Assembly: GCA_000002445.1 (NCBI GenBank)
Contig: CH464491.1
Location: 160,001-224,000 of the forward strand
DNA from: Trypanosoma brucei
Lineage: Eukaryota
Reading direction: 5' to 3'
Length of the DNA: 64,000 bases
The position numbers and the translations under genes are program-made. Below are positions 41,196 to 51,702 of this stretch, piece after piece. How positions within the stretch are numbered: the first letter of the stretch is position 1; each line of letters opens with the position of its first letter. The notes under the pieces were generated by a model. It saw only the letters and a list, made by a program, of their open reading frames with translations. It was not told the DNA's origin and did no database searches.

Positions 41196-41212
41196 TTTTT
41201 TTTTTTTAAAAG
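41196..41212 (+). promoter_or_regulatory. Poly(T) tract (T15) that probably forms the poly-pyrimidine signal for trans-splicing of the kinase mRNA.
   Basis: gactttttttttttttttaaaagtttcggctgatttgtacag lies immediately upstream of the kinase ORF. Confidence 0.4.
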
Positions 41213-41277
41213 TTTCGGCTGATTTGTACAGAGGTGCTTGGGAAAGTGGACAGTTATACGGTACTAGAACCTGCCGC

Positions 41278-42951
41278 ATGCCCTTGAATTCATCTCACCG
41301 CGAGCGTGTTTCTGTCGGCGGCTTAACTCCATGTATCAAAAAAGCAACTGTCACGGCGCCTGAAACGGCCTTTACGAGCCACGGCGGAGGTCATCGGGTG
41401 CTGGATGTTGCGGCGTCGGGGAGTGAAGGATTGCACCCTGACTCTGGGGAGGGGCAGCGCCTGCATCCAATGAGTGATTTTGAGAGTCTTTACAAAGTGC
41501 GCAGACAACTTGGCAGTGGAGGATACAGCGTTGTATTTGAGGTTGTCGATTGCATTACTCACGAGCGAAAGGCAGCAAAATTTGTCGTTGGAAAGGTGGA
41601 GCGCCGGGCTGCGCGTGCCCGTCTTACTGGCCCAGTGGAGTTGAGGCTGCACGGTGATGGGAGAAACGGTGATAGACGGAAGGTAAGTAGTATCGGCGGG
41701 TTGGAGAAGGCACGGAGTGCCAACAGCCGGCCGACGGTCTCAGACTCGCTTGTCAAGGAGGTGGCGATGGGGTTAATGGCGCAACACGCAAACCTTGTGC
41801 ACACCAGTGACGTGTTTGTACACGACACGGAGGATCTTCGACGTCGCCTGCGGGAATATGCTCCACAGTTATCACTGGAAACGGTGCGGCGATCTGAGGG
41901 CGCTGGTCCGTATGACGTCGCACGGGGTGCTGCTTGCGGTGAATCACCGTCGAAATCGTGGCAACCTCACAGATTGCGCCAGCGGAGTGGTGGTAGTGGG
42001 AGCGATACCACTGCTTCGGTAAGAGGCGGGGATGCGCCAATTTTGCATGAGTGCAACACATCTTCGGCCGACCAGATCACACAAGGAGTGGAAACGGCTA
42101 AACGCTACCTGCAGGAAAGTCGGGTTCAATGCATTCTAGTGATGGAGTTGTTGACCGGAAATGATCTGTTTACACTGGTGTCCCGCGGTCCGCTGAACGA
42201 AAGAATGGCTGCATCGTACATGTTTGACCTCTTTCTTGCCCTCCGGTATCTGCATAATCGTAACATTGTTCACCGTGATGTCAAGGTCGAGAACATGGCG
42301 CTTGACAGTGAGAACAGGGTTCGACTTATTGACTACGGTTTCTGTGAAGTATTACGGAGGTCAGGGGATGCCAACCCGAATGGTGTTGAGGGTAAGAACC
42401 CTGAGGGTTTGCTCACACAGTTTTGTGGTTCACACCATTATGTAGCTCCAGAAGTTATCACTAGTGCGTGGCTCACCCGACACGGATCGAAGAATAGCGA
42501 AACAACCACTCACTCGGGTGTGAGCCTTCCGCCCATTGCACAACTATCTGCTACCGGAGCCCCGCCTCCGAAAGAGAGCGTGGAGGGTTGTGTCGTTGGC
42601 CGGCAGAATGTGGGATCTGCTGGGGCCCTTCGTACGCACCTAACCCGAAGGGGTGTAGGGTATGGCCTCTCTGCCGACATTTGGTCTGCGGGTATTGTAA
42701 TGTTCGTGTTGCTGCACTCAGCATTCCCATACCATGACGAGCGCCGCAGTAGGCTCCTTAAAATGATCGTATCCAACAAGCGGTCATTGGGGAGCGCGTC
42801 GCGTTTAAGCAGTGATGCAAGGGATCTGCTGCGAAAGTTGCTCACTCACGATGCCAGTCGGCGTCCGCCGGTAAATGAGGTATTGGAACACTGTTGGTTT
42901 AGAAAACAATTAGGAGAAAAGGTGGGAGGGAAACTATCGCTCGTGGCGTAA
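41278..42951 (+). CDS. Serine/threonine protein kinase (CAMK/AMPK-like catalytic domain) with large inserts.
   Basis: The first ATG (MPLNSSHRE...) lies shortly after a T15 tract; the track start at 41224 is a TTG. Kinase motifs are present: GSGGYSVVFEV, AAKFV, HRDVKVENMALD, DYGFCE, GSHHYVAPEV and DIWSAGIVMFVLL. Inserts lie between the beta3 lysine and hinge (about 140 aa) and in the activation segment/GHI region. Confidence 0.85.
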   Translation: MPLNSSHRERVSVGGLTPCIKKATVTAPETAFTSHGGGHRVLDVAASGSEGLHPDSGEGQRLHPMSDFESLYKVRRQLGSGGYSVVFEVVDCITHERKAAKFVVGKVERRAARARLTGPVELRLHGDGRNGDRRKVSSIGGLEKARSANSRPTVSDSLVKEVAMGLMAQHANLVHTSDVFVHDTEDLRRRLREYAPQLSLETVRRSEGAGPYDVARGAACGESPSKSWQPHRLRQRSGGSGSDTTASVRGGDAPILHECNTSSADQITQGVETAKRYLQESRVQCILVMELLTGNDLFTLVSRGPLNERMAASYMFDLFLALRYLHNRNIVHRDVKVENMALDSENRVRLIDYGFCEVLRRSGDANPNGVEGKNPEGLLTQFCGSHHYVAPEVITSAWLTRHGSKNSETTTHSGVSLPPIAQLSATGAPPPKESVEGCVVGRQNVGSAGALRTHLTRRGVGYGLSADIWSAGIVMFVLLHSAFPYHDERRSRLLKMIVSNKRSLGSASRLSSDARDLLRKLLTHDASRRPPVNEVLEHCWFRKQLGEKVGGKLSLVA

Positions 42952-44096
42952 AGCGATGAGGCAAGTGGGTTCGTTTGTGTATTTCCTTCACCGGCTGCTA
43001 AGGGCGGCCTTCTCTCAAGTTTTGTTGCCCTCTCCCCAGTTTTTGTGATTATAGTAATGTATAATGAAAAGAGTGGGGTAAGCTTGTGCTCGTGCATGCT
43101 GTTTATTTTTATATTAATGAGACGTCTTTTTTTTTTTTTGGCTGAGGAACGATTCCCCCCCTTTAAATGTCGCTGGTACCGTTACGTTTCTGGAGGAGTA
43201 CTGCAGATATTATTTAATACAGCGTTTTTTTTCTTTCTAAAAAGTGTTCTTTTTCCTTTGCTTTCCGCAGCCAAAAATTCCCCTCTATGATCGCCATTTG
43301 ATCCGTTTCATTTGTTCTACCCCCACTCGTTTCTTCTCCCTTTCCTCTCCCCTCTTCTTTTTTTTTTTGTGATACCTCCCGCTTGTTTTGCGGGCCAATC
43401 GCTTCCCAAAGCGCAGTTTTTGTAATGGAGAAAAGGGGGAGGGAGACAGTATAGTGATCGATTTGCGGCGGCGAAAGCTCCCCTGTGGTGGGGTTACAAC
43501 CACTTTTTCTGTTAATATAAGTTTTTTTTTTTTGTACCATGAAGCGTGGACGTTACTTCTCTCGTTCACTTCAGGTGAGAGTGCGTATGCGAGCTCGTTT
43601 TCACACACACACACACCCACGTGTGGGTGTTTGTGTATCCTAGTAATGACACTAATATGCGTTGTTTTCATTTCCTTTCTGATCCAGTGTATTATTGCGG
43701 TTTAATTTGCATTGGTGTGCATTATCCCTGAGTATATTTATACCTTTAGTTCTCCTCTGTTTCCGCATATGATTTTCTCTTCTTGTGTAACTTGTGGATG
43801 GGAAGTAAGGCGACTTCATCAGAGTATTGGTTGGCCGGTAAACACGCTGTGTGTAGAGATACATAAGTACACCAAATATACCGTGTGCAAATTGTGTCTG
43901 TTCATAATCGGCGACACTGCTCGGGGCAAGGGTTGGTGTTCGTTAGGCCAAGTCGCAACACAAACTGTCGCATAACCGGCAGCAGAACAACCAACAAGTA
44001 AGAGAGGGGAAATAGAAGGGTAAGGCGAGTGCGTAGCATCTGAGGGAGTAAAGTAACAGACTTCACACATACACCCCTAAAAAACCAGGACGAACT

Positions 44097-44471
44097 ATGT
44101 CGCTGCTGAAGGGAAAGGAGGTGGAAGTCACACAAGACGACCAGCGCCGCATCTGCATTTTTGCTCGCATGCACCGTCGACGGAAGGAGCTTACTGCCAC
44201 CATTACGAGGTTGAAGGAGCAGGCGGCTAAGTTGAGTGATGCCTCTGATGAACTTATGATAGCCGATGGGGCAATGTATTTGTTCGGTGAGACCTTCGTG
44301 GCCATCGATAACGATGAGGCGGGTGAATGGCTGGCGAAGGAACAGGCGCAACTTCAGCGGGATCAGGAAACAACAGAGGAAGAATTAAAGCTTGTTGAGA
44401 GTCAATTGAGCGACCTGAAAGCGAAACTGTACGCCTCACTTGGTAGTCAAGTGTATCTTGAAGACGAATAG
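44097..44471 (+). CDS. Prefoldin subunit 4 (beta-type prefoldin).
   Basis: The ORF starts at an ATG and encodes 124 aa. EVEVTQDDQRRICIFARMHRRRKEL matches the prefoldin-4 signature VTxEDQQKINKFARL. The fold is coiled-coil, beta hairpin, coiled-coil. Confidence 0.75.
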   Translation: MSLLKGKEVEVTQDDQRRICIFARMHRRRKELTATITRLKEQAAKLSDASDELMIADGAMYLFGETFVAIDNDEAGEWLAKEQAQLQRDQETTEEELKLVESQLSDLKAKLYASLGSQVYLEDE

Positions 44472-45096
44472 AGCAGCTGAACACATTACAGGGGGAATTA
44501 AAAAGAAGGGAGAGTTAACAGCGTACGTCTTGTACCCGCAGATGCCAGCCGCCCTTCAGCGGACATGCATGCAGAGCAAATAAACTAACAACCTTGTTGA
44601 TTTCTCTCCCGCCACTGCCGCTAATTCCCTTTCTAACGGGTTTACCGTATGGAGAGATTTAATTACTGTTGATACCGCCGTCAAACTCAGCGCGGTAGCA
44701 CAACAATTTTGGTGTACCTGTTTATTTTTTCCCTTCTTGGTGATGCTCATTAATTTCCATTTGTTGCCGCCGACTCTACTCTTTTTTTCTTTTTCTCGGT
44801 CCTCGAAGGTTTTGTGTTTATAATTATTGTTATTATTCTGTAGTGAACGCGCGAGGCGAACAGGATTACTCAACAGGAAAGATACAAGAAGCCAAGCAGG
44901 CCTAAAAGAGGGGAAGGGTAACACAGGTCCAGCGAGGAGCGATTTAGCGGCAGCGAATAAATAGCGAGTGGAAGCGAGGGTGCAAAAACGTCATTGTTGG
45001 CATAAAGTCTATACCTGAAGACAAGCGGCGGCTGTGGCTCTCAGCCGTTGAACGTGTGGCTTTAACTCGTCGTCGTCAACCCGCCTTCTTGCTTAG

Positions 45097-47487
45097 ATGG
45101 AGCCGATGGAGCAACCACCTGAGCAGATGCTTGATGTCATTCGCCGCGCTTATGACAGCGTATACTTGTATGGCAACTGCTATGCTGGCATCAAGGTGGC
45201 CACGTCAGCGCTTAATAGTGGTTGTGTAGATGAATGTGACTTGTCAGTCAGCGAAAATACCGCAGCGTCATCAACAGAGCACTCCGGTGGCCTTTCGGGG
45301 GTTCGGCTTAGCGACTCTTCAACACAAAGTTGCAAGACTAATAATTCTTCCCTTGCAGTTGCGTCAACGAAAGCTCAGAGGGGCTCCACGTCCATGTCCA
45401 ATAGCGTATTGGGGGCATTAGGGAGCGGAGCAAATGTAAAAGATGCAACCGTACCGATGACGCTCAACAGGTTACAGGAATTTCACTTACTGCTCCTCCG
45501 AGCTGAGGGGTACTCCGGAGTGCGGCAGCATGAAAAGGCACTGAAGGACGCGGAGGCGGCCATTAGGATTTCCGGCGGGCGCTCCGCTGAGGCTCACTTT
45601 ATTCTTGGTAGGGAGCTTCTCCGCCTTTACCGTCTGGAGGAATCCGTGGCGGCTTTTCAAACCGCGGAGTTACTTCTCCCAGCTTTGGCAGTGGACGGTG
45701 TTCCCTTTCCTAGGGAGACCGACGATGAGGAGTTTTGGGCGCAGCGCGGGTACAGGTTACAGGACGCTGAGGAACTAAAGTTGAAGCGGCTGGAGGTTGA
45801 GGCGGAGGAGCAGCAGGCACGGGCGTGGCGGGCCTTGGAGTGTAACTCTTCAGGTAACGCAGCCGGAACGAGGCAAAGGTTTCTGGAACCTCCTTTCTTA
45901 GCATTGAAGGATGTCAAATGTGGTTACCCTAACCTTATGAAATGGAGGCAGCTTTCCCGTGAGGCGGGCGCGCTTTTGTCAGCGCACACGTCCCATGTGT
46001 TTTCTGGAAGTTACCTTCAACCAACGATGGCTTTTATGGAGCGTAGGATCAGTTCGGTGCGGAATGGGTCCGTGGTTTGCATCCACAACACGACTTCATA
46101 CCCTTTGAAGTGGGTGGGCAGTTGGTTCCCCGACTGCGGCTTTCACGCGAATATGACTTTTCCTCAAGTCATTGAATCTGGAAATTGCGGCGTGGCGTTG
46201 CTCCAACCCAAGGGATGGGGTGGCTATGTCGGTTACGTTTGTTATCGGGTGGCGGAATGTGGTATATGTTGCTTTTTTTGCGTTGAGAGCACCTTCATGG
46301 GGTCTGTTCGATGTGGAGTTCGTTTTTCTTCACCATACAGGATTGAGGAGCTCGGTGATGGCGACCCCGACGACGCTGCGCTGAAGGAGTTTATGAACTT
46401 TAAACTACCCAACTCCAGCGTGTGGCTTCCCTCCCACACCACGGCGCCCCCAGTGAATCGCCGGCTGAAGGCATGGAGCGCCGTTTCCGAGGGCAATCGG
46501 TCGAGTGTGTTTACTGTTGCTGAGGTTCTTCCCATAGGCCTCCGTGCGGTGGAACTGCTAACTGCGCTTGAGTATGCTGGACCAATGGTGCTGAAAAAGT
46601 TAAGTGCCGTCAGTCAGCGTTACCGTTCGTTGGTCAACGGCCTACCACCACCGATGTTTCACAGTCCGGGTCGCATTCTCTACCCGGACTATTGCCTCCG
46701 AGGCGACCGTGTCAGGTCCCCATGGACTGTGCTGGACCAAGACACCGTGAGGTGGTTTTTTCTGAATGAGGGGATCGTGGGTAATAGAGAGAGGTGTGTT
46801 TTGGCTGATTCAACTCACATGACAAGTGGCATACTGCGCTTCACGAGAGAAAAGGGTGGATCTATGGATGCAAAGGTGTACTATGGCGATGGGTGTTCGC
46901 TTATCGCACAGGTTAAAGGTAGTTGGATACCTTTTAGCAGCACGCTGTCATTTATTAGCTCCACGGGTCGTACCTTTGCCACTTGTTACCTCAACCACAG
47001 CTCGCAGCTGACGCTTTCGTGGGGTAGTGCAGGTGCCAAGAGTAAACCGGAGGATGTGGAGTACGTTATGGAGCGCCGGGAGGCACGTGCAGAGACGGGG
47101 AATTGGCGCTCCGCTTCAGCAGTGGGTAAAGTAGCAGGTCCTATGGGTGTTACCGGTGGTGATGATACCTCTGGCACGAGGTCTCGTGTTGGCCGTTCAT
47201 CTGGTCAGGGTTCTACCAATTCTCATTCATCCAACACCGGTACAAGGTTTGGCGCTGTTGAGGCGTACACCGTTCGGCGTGTGTCACGACGAGGTGGTGA
47301 TTCGGCCATTGAGTTAAGTTCTTCCGGTGCTGGTGGTGGTGAGACGATGGGAGAAGTGATATTTAGTACCGCAAAGGGTGGAACACCGATGAAAGGTGCC
47401 TCGATTTGCGAGGTGCATCTTTACCCTGGGGTTGACGCATTGTTGCTGTCGTTGATGGCTTACTGCCGCTTTAATTGGGAGCAGTAG
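45097..47487 (+). CDS. Conserved hypothetical protein of 796 aa.
   Basis: The ORF starts at an ATG and is uninterrupted. It has a TPR-like helical region near 130-230 aa, a Cys-rich middle and a Gly/Ser-rich C-terminus. I make no confident domain call. Confidence 0.6.
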   Translation: MEPMEQPPEQMLDVIRRAYDSVYLYGNCYAGIKVATSALNSGCVDECDLSVSENTAASSTEHSGGLSGVRLSDSSTQSCKTNNSSLAVASTKAQRGSTSMSNSVLGALGSGANVKDATVPMTLNRLQEFHLLLLRAEGYSGVRQHEKALKDAEAAIRISGGRSAEAHFILGRELLRLYRLEESVAAFQTAELLLPALAVDGVPFPRETDDEEFWAQRGYRLQDAEELKLKRLEVEAEEQQARAWRALECNSSGNAAGTRQRFLEPPFLALKDVKCGYPNLMKWRQLSREAGALLSAHTSHVFSGSYLQPTMAFMERRISSVRNGSVVCIHNTTSYPLKWVGSWFPDCGFHANMTFPQVIESGNCGVALLQPKGWGGYVGYVCYRVAECGICCFFCVESTFMGSVRCGVRFSSPYRIEELGDGDPDDAALKEFMNFKLPNSSVWLPSHTTAPPVNRRLKAWSAVSEGNRSSVFTVAEVLPIGLRAVELLTALEYAGPMVLKKLSAVSQRYRSLVNGLPPPMFHSPGRILYPDYCLRGDRVRSPWTVLDQDTVRWFFLNEGIVGNRERCVLADSTHMTSGILRFTREKGGSMDAKVYYGDGCSLIAQVKGSWIPFSSTLSFISSTGRTFATCYLNHSSQLTLSWGSAGAKSKPEDVEYVMERREARAETGNWRSASAVGKVAGPMGVTGGDDTSGTRSRVGRSSGQGSTNSHSSNTGTRFGAVEAYTVRRVSRRGGDSAIELSSSGAGGGETMGEVIFSTAKGGTPMKGASICEVHLYPGVDALLLSLMAYCRFNWEQ

Positions 47488-49194
47488 TGCTGCAACAACA
47501 ATAATAGCTAATACTGCAGCGCTCCTGGTGTTGTGACTTTATCTATCTAGTTTCGTTCTACATGTCTGTGGTGTGAGAAGGACAGTATTCGCTTGCGCCG
47601 CCTCTTTATCGTTTTAAGAGGCAATAGCGGGTTCTGTAGTGGCGGAGCGGGGGAAAGGGAAAGATAAAGGAAAAGCGACCGCGTCTGCTCCCTTCGTAGA
47701 GTGGATCGAACTCTGAAAACGGGTGCTCTTCGTTTTATTAGCTTTTGCTGTGTTGAAAATGGTACAGGTTGCGACCGTTGTTTCTCCTTTTTTTTTTTCA
47801 ATCTCTTCCATTTGGTCGGTGCAATTACTTGTGTTCCTTTTTTTTTTTTAAAAAAAAAGGCTGCGGTTAGTTTGTTTGCTTCTTTAAGGGCCTGGAAATG
47901 GAGCTAGCGGGTGATACTCTACTGACTTCGTTATCTGTCTCTTTTCTGTTTTGCATTCCGCACAGGGATTTTTTCTGTTTTTTCTTCTGTTCTACCGTCC
48001 CCACGCGTTTTACGTGTTTACCCGACCTCGTGCACGACCTTTTTGCTGACGCTGCGTGTGCAATTGTATGTACGTATTTTCATATGCTGCTTTGTTTGAA
48101 GTTCGGTGTTCTTTTTTTTTTTCTATTATTTCTTTTTTTTTTTGGTGGTGGTGGCTTTTTTTTTCTTTTTCTCGTGCGTGGTTTCCACCGGTTGGGGTCC
48201 ATATGCCCCAGTTTTGGTGGAACTATCGGATATACGTTACTTAGTTTGGAAGGGGGAGGGCAATACATGTCCCGCAGTGCCCGCCTTTTAACAGTTTGCC
48301 AAAAAAAAAAGGAAAAGGGGAATCATTGTGCTAAACTCCAAGCTCAAGATGTTTGTGGTTGAGTGAAGTATATTGCCAGCTCTGTTATGTGGCAATTTTT
48401 CATCCAGTCGTACAATATGAAGAAGTGGGAAGGGCGAATGACATATAAAGGAGATGATAATTTTCGAATCTCCATTTGGTGTCGCCTCGGTTGGTCTCGA
48501 GTACTGAAGGGAGATGTGGTTTGATTCGCTCCATGTAGCTGCGGTTTCTCTTTTTTATTTTTGGTTGATTACGTGTTCTGATAAGTTGTTGCTCTTGATC
48601 CGTAATTTTCTTTTTTGAAACCAGTTTCTCGGTATCTTTGTGAGTGCGAGGAGTTCAGGAGCGACTCTCTTGACGGGTAAGGCAAGTTTAGTGTCGCCAC
48701 GTACGCAGTGCATATGGAGCCATTTTTCGACGGTTTCTTCTTTTTTTTCTTTTGTTTGTGCACTCGTCACGCGCATCTGCACATCTACAAAAATATGTAT
48801 GCATGTGTATGTGCATGCGCGTGTGCGTGATGCTGTCAATGACGATGGTTGTGTGGGCACTTTTACCACGTGTTGACCCCGTTTCTGCCTCATTCATCGT
48901 AGTTTGGCATGCCGAACAAATGTGTAGATGGGAGGGAAAACCTAAGAACAAAACGAAACCGAAGGGGAAACCGCAAACCTCCTTGGTCGTTTTTTATTTG
49001 TTTATTTTTATATCGTGACGTCAATGTCGTTAGTGAATTTTTGAAATTGCTTTTTATTGTGCGCGCATTACCCCTTTCTCGTTTTTTCTCGTTAATTGAT
49101 TCTCTGACTCCAGCGCAACCGCTGACTAGGGATAATTAAGCGGTTGCTCTTAGCGCTTCACCTGCGCCTCGCTTTCGTTTGAGTGCGACAGGTT

Positions 49195-51702
49195 ATGGGC
49201 CACGCTTTTTGCCTTCCTGAAAAGCGCGGAAATGATGCACGACCATATTTTGGTGCGCCGATTAGTGACTTGATTGTGTGTGAGCAGAATGAGGTACAGA
49301 AGTCCACAAACTGCATTTTAGGTGTTCCACTGATACTACAGGACGTGGTCTTTTACTGGAACGCACAGTCTAATACTAAGGGTGAGAATGGAAAGGCTGA
49401 CGTGTCGCCCAACAGCAGTTGGGTGGATGAGGTGGAGCAGACGTTTAACAATTTTGTGAGGAAGCGAAAACTCCTGACTAGTAGTGCGTCTGCTGTAAAG
49501 GCACCAAAGAAGAACGCTAAAAAGACGAATAAGCACGAGAAGCGACTGTTTCAGAAACCATTTGAAGCACTTACCAGTAAGACGACATTGCATGCTCAGC
49601 ACTTTATGGCAATCATCACCCTTTTTTTACGGAAACTACCAGAACCCTTGCTACCAGTTCCCGTCGCACGGAAGATGGAAGATATACTGACAAGTGGACC
49701 TTTGACTCCGACTGCGAAACTGCGGGCGATTGGAAAGGTGTTTCGAGAAACGTATAGTCTCGCAAACCCCAGAGAATACGCTTCCTTTCAGTACTTGCGC
49801 CAGGTTTTGCACCAACACCACGCAGAACTGAAAACAAACGAAGTCGAAGCGTTGGTTCGGGCGATGTTGCGTGACCACCGTGCGCCAGTGGAGGAATATT
49901 TAATAGAACTGCTATGGCCGACCGCTGATGGTGAGGGCAAAATGAAAGCCGGAACAGCGGAGGCGGACAGCACAACCCCGGCAGACGAGCGGGACAATGC
50001 TGTAGATGGCGAAGCCAAGGCTTTACCTCAACATCTCCACGACTCAAATAGTGAAACGGATTCATCTCCTCCTAAAGTGGTCGATAGACCAACTGATGTG
50101 GTTAAAGCGGGAAAGCAAAAAAAAGAGGATGTTGCGAATGATGAATGTGTGCGGAAGAATGCAGCGCCACCTCCTGCGGAGAAGGATTGTAAAGTTGAGG
50201 AGGACGCTGCAGGTGCTCAGTCGCAGCGGGAGGACATGAGTCCGCATTCTTCCCGCACCTCCGACACTCATATTCTGGAAGTGGAAGAACATGGTGATGA
50301 GGTTGAGGCTTTTCACCACGTTAATGGCGAACACTGCGGGGATGTTGACGGGCTTGACCATGACAAATCGGTGGAATGTAGGGTAACGCAAGTGGGGTCA
50401 GAAAGTTGTGCGGGTCCCGGTGAGGGAACAGTGGATGAAGAGGGACCGCTGCAGGACGTCGTGGAGAGTCCCACCGTAAGTGATGGGGCCTCGTGCGTCG
50501 ATAGGAGGGGAGGGTTAGCTCACGCGATTACCGATGCCAGCGAAACTGAAGTGTGCGATGTTGTTCAGAGAGGCAGTAGGGAGGATCGTGGATGTGTGGA
50601 GTTGGATAATGTGGTTGACACACCCGACGGGGGCCATTACTCTACCGCGGCGGCCAAAGGCAAACTGAGGCAAGCCAACAGGCCAGTACATCGAGACGAG
50701 CGATTGTCTGCCAGTGGTGATGCAGCAAGTCAAATCGGGGGTCCACTGACGGCAACGACAGCATCTCTTACAAACAATCAATTTGCACCACGCAAACCTA
50801 GAGACAAGCCGAGGACCGGTCGATCGCGAAAAAATTTGAGGGTCCTCACTGAACGGCACCCACAACAAGTGGCACTTCTTCGGGCAAAGCAGCTTTTTCT
50901 TGCTGGCGGCGCCGGTGCAACGGAGCTTCCTTCGTTGCCCAATCAGCCAGCCTCCTCACCACCAGGTGGTGAGTTAGATGATGGCGATTGCTGCGTTAGT
51001 AGTGTTGATCCATCCTCAACGCGGATCGCTGGCGGTCACACCGGGGTACAATACACCGCTGCTGAAGAACAGCCCCTCTCTCCCGAAGGGCATTTGCAAA
51101 GCGCGGCAGTTTTTTCAAATACCGATGATAATCAAGACACTCGCAAATGTGGGCCCGATAATGAATGGATGGCAGCGCAGCATTTGCAATTGGCGTTTGT
51201 TCAGCCACTCATGGAACAGATGGCGCAGCTGCGCATGCAATGTGATGCTCTTTCGCAGCAGCAGTTACGCTCGGCTACCGAGGGAGAGACATTGCAACTC
51301 GTTTCGAATGACATTAAGCTTGTAAAGGAAGCACTGTGCCAGCTGACACAAAGCCATGCTGAGACGGTAGGGGACCTCCTGAAACTTCATGGGGAGTTGA
51401 AAAAATTGGCAAAGCGAGAGACCTTTGAACTGGAGAAGCGCCACTACTGCGAGGAAGATCTGGAAGCGAGGAAAACCGCCTTGGAGGTGCTGCAGCGCTG
51501 CACCAAGCTAGAAACACAGCAATATGAAGATCAACAGAAGGTGAAGAGCTTAACCACGAAGGTAAGAGAATTGACCGCAAAGGTGGACCGTAGCGAAAAG
51601 GAGAACCTTGACCTTAAAATGAAGCTTGCGACAGCTCAACGTCAAACCACGTTAATGAGGGAAAAACTGATGTCTTCGGGTCGTGAAGGCAGGAGTGTGT
51701 GA
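49195..51702 (+). CDS. RhoGAP-domain-like protein with an acidic central region and a C-terminal coiled coil.
   Basis: The first ATG is at about 49195 (MGHAFCLPEKRG...); the track start is a GTG. PYFGAPISDL...ILGVPLILQDVVFY and QHFMAIITLFLRKLPEPLLP match the RhoGAP consensus (FGVPL...; ...LK.FLRELPEPL.). The C-terminal about 200 aa have heptad repeats (LKKLAKRETFELEKRHY...TAKVDRSEKENLDLKMKL). Confidence 0.55.
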   Translation: MGHAFCLPEKRGNDARPYFGAPISDLIVCEQNEVQKSTNCILGVPLILQDVVFYWNAQSNTKGENGKADVSPNSSWVDEVEQTFNNFVRKRKLLTSSASAVKAPKKNAKKTNKHEKRLFQKPFEALTSKTTLHAQHFMAIITLFLRKLPEPLLPVPVARKMEDILTSGPLTPTAKLRAIGKVFRETYSLANPREYASFQYLRQVLHQHHAELKTNEVEALVRAMLRDHRAPVEEYLIELLWPTADGEGKMKAGTAEADSTTPADERDNAVDGEAKALPQHLHDSNSETDSSPPKVVDRPTDVVKAGKQKKEDVANDECVRKNAAPPPAEKDCKVEEDAAGAQSQREDMSPHSSRTSDTHILEVEEHGDEVEAFHHVNGEHCGDVDGLDHDKSVECRVTQVGSESCAGPGEGTVDEEGPLQDVVESPTVSDGASCVDRRGGLAHAITDASETEVCDVVQRGSREDRGCVELDNVVDTPDGGHYSTAAAKGKLRQANRPVHRDERLSASGDAASQIGGPLTATTASLTNNQFAPRKPRDKPRTGRSRKNLRVLTERHPQQVALLRAKQLFLAGGAGATELPSLPNQPASSPPGGELDDGDCCVSSVDPSSTRIAGGHTGVQYTAAEEQPLSPEGHLQSAAVFSNTDDNQDTRKCGPDNEWMAAQHLQLAFVQPLMEQMAQLRMQCDALSQQQLRSATEGETLQLVSNDIKLVKEALCQLTQSHAETVGDLLKLHGELKKLAKRETFELEKRHYCEEDLEARKTALEVLQRCTKLETQQYEDQQKVKSLTTKVRELTAKVDRSEKENLDLKMKLATAQRQTTLMREKLMSSGREGRSV

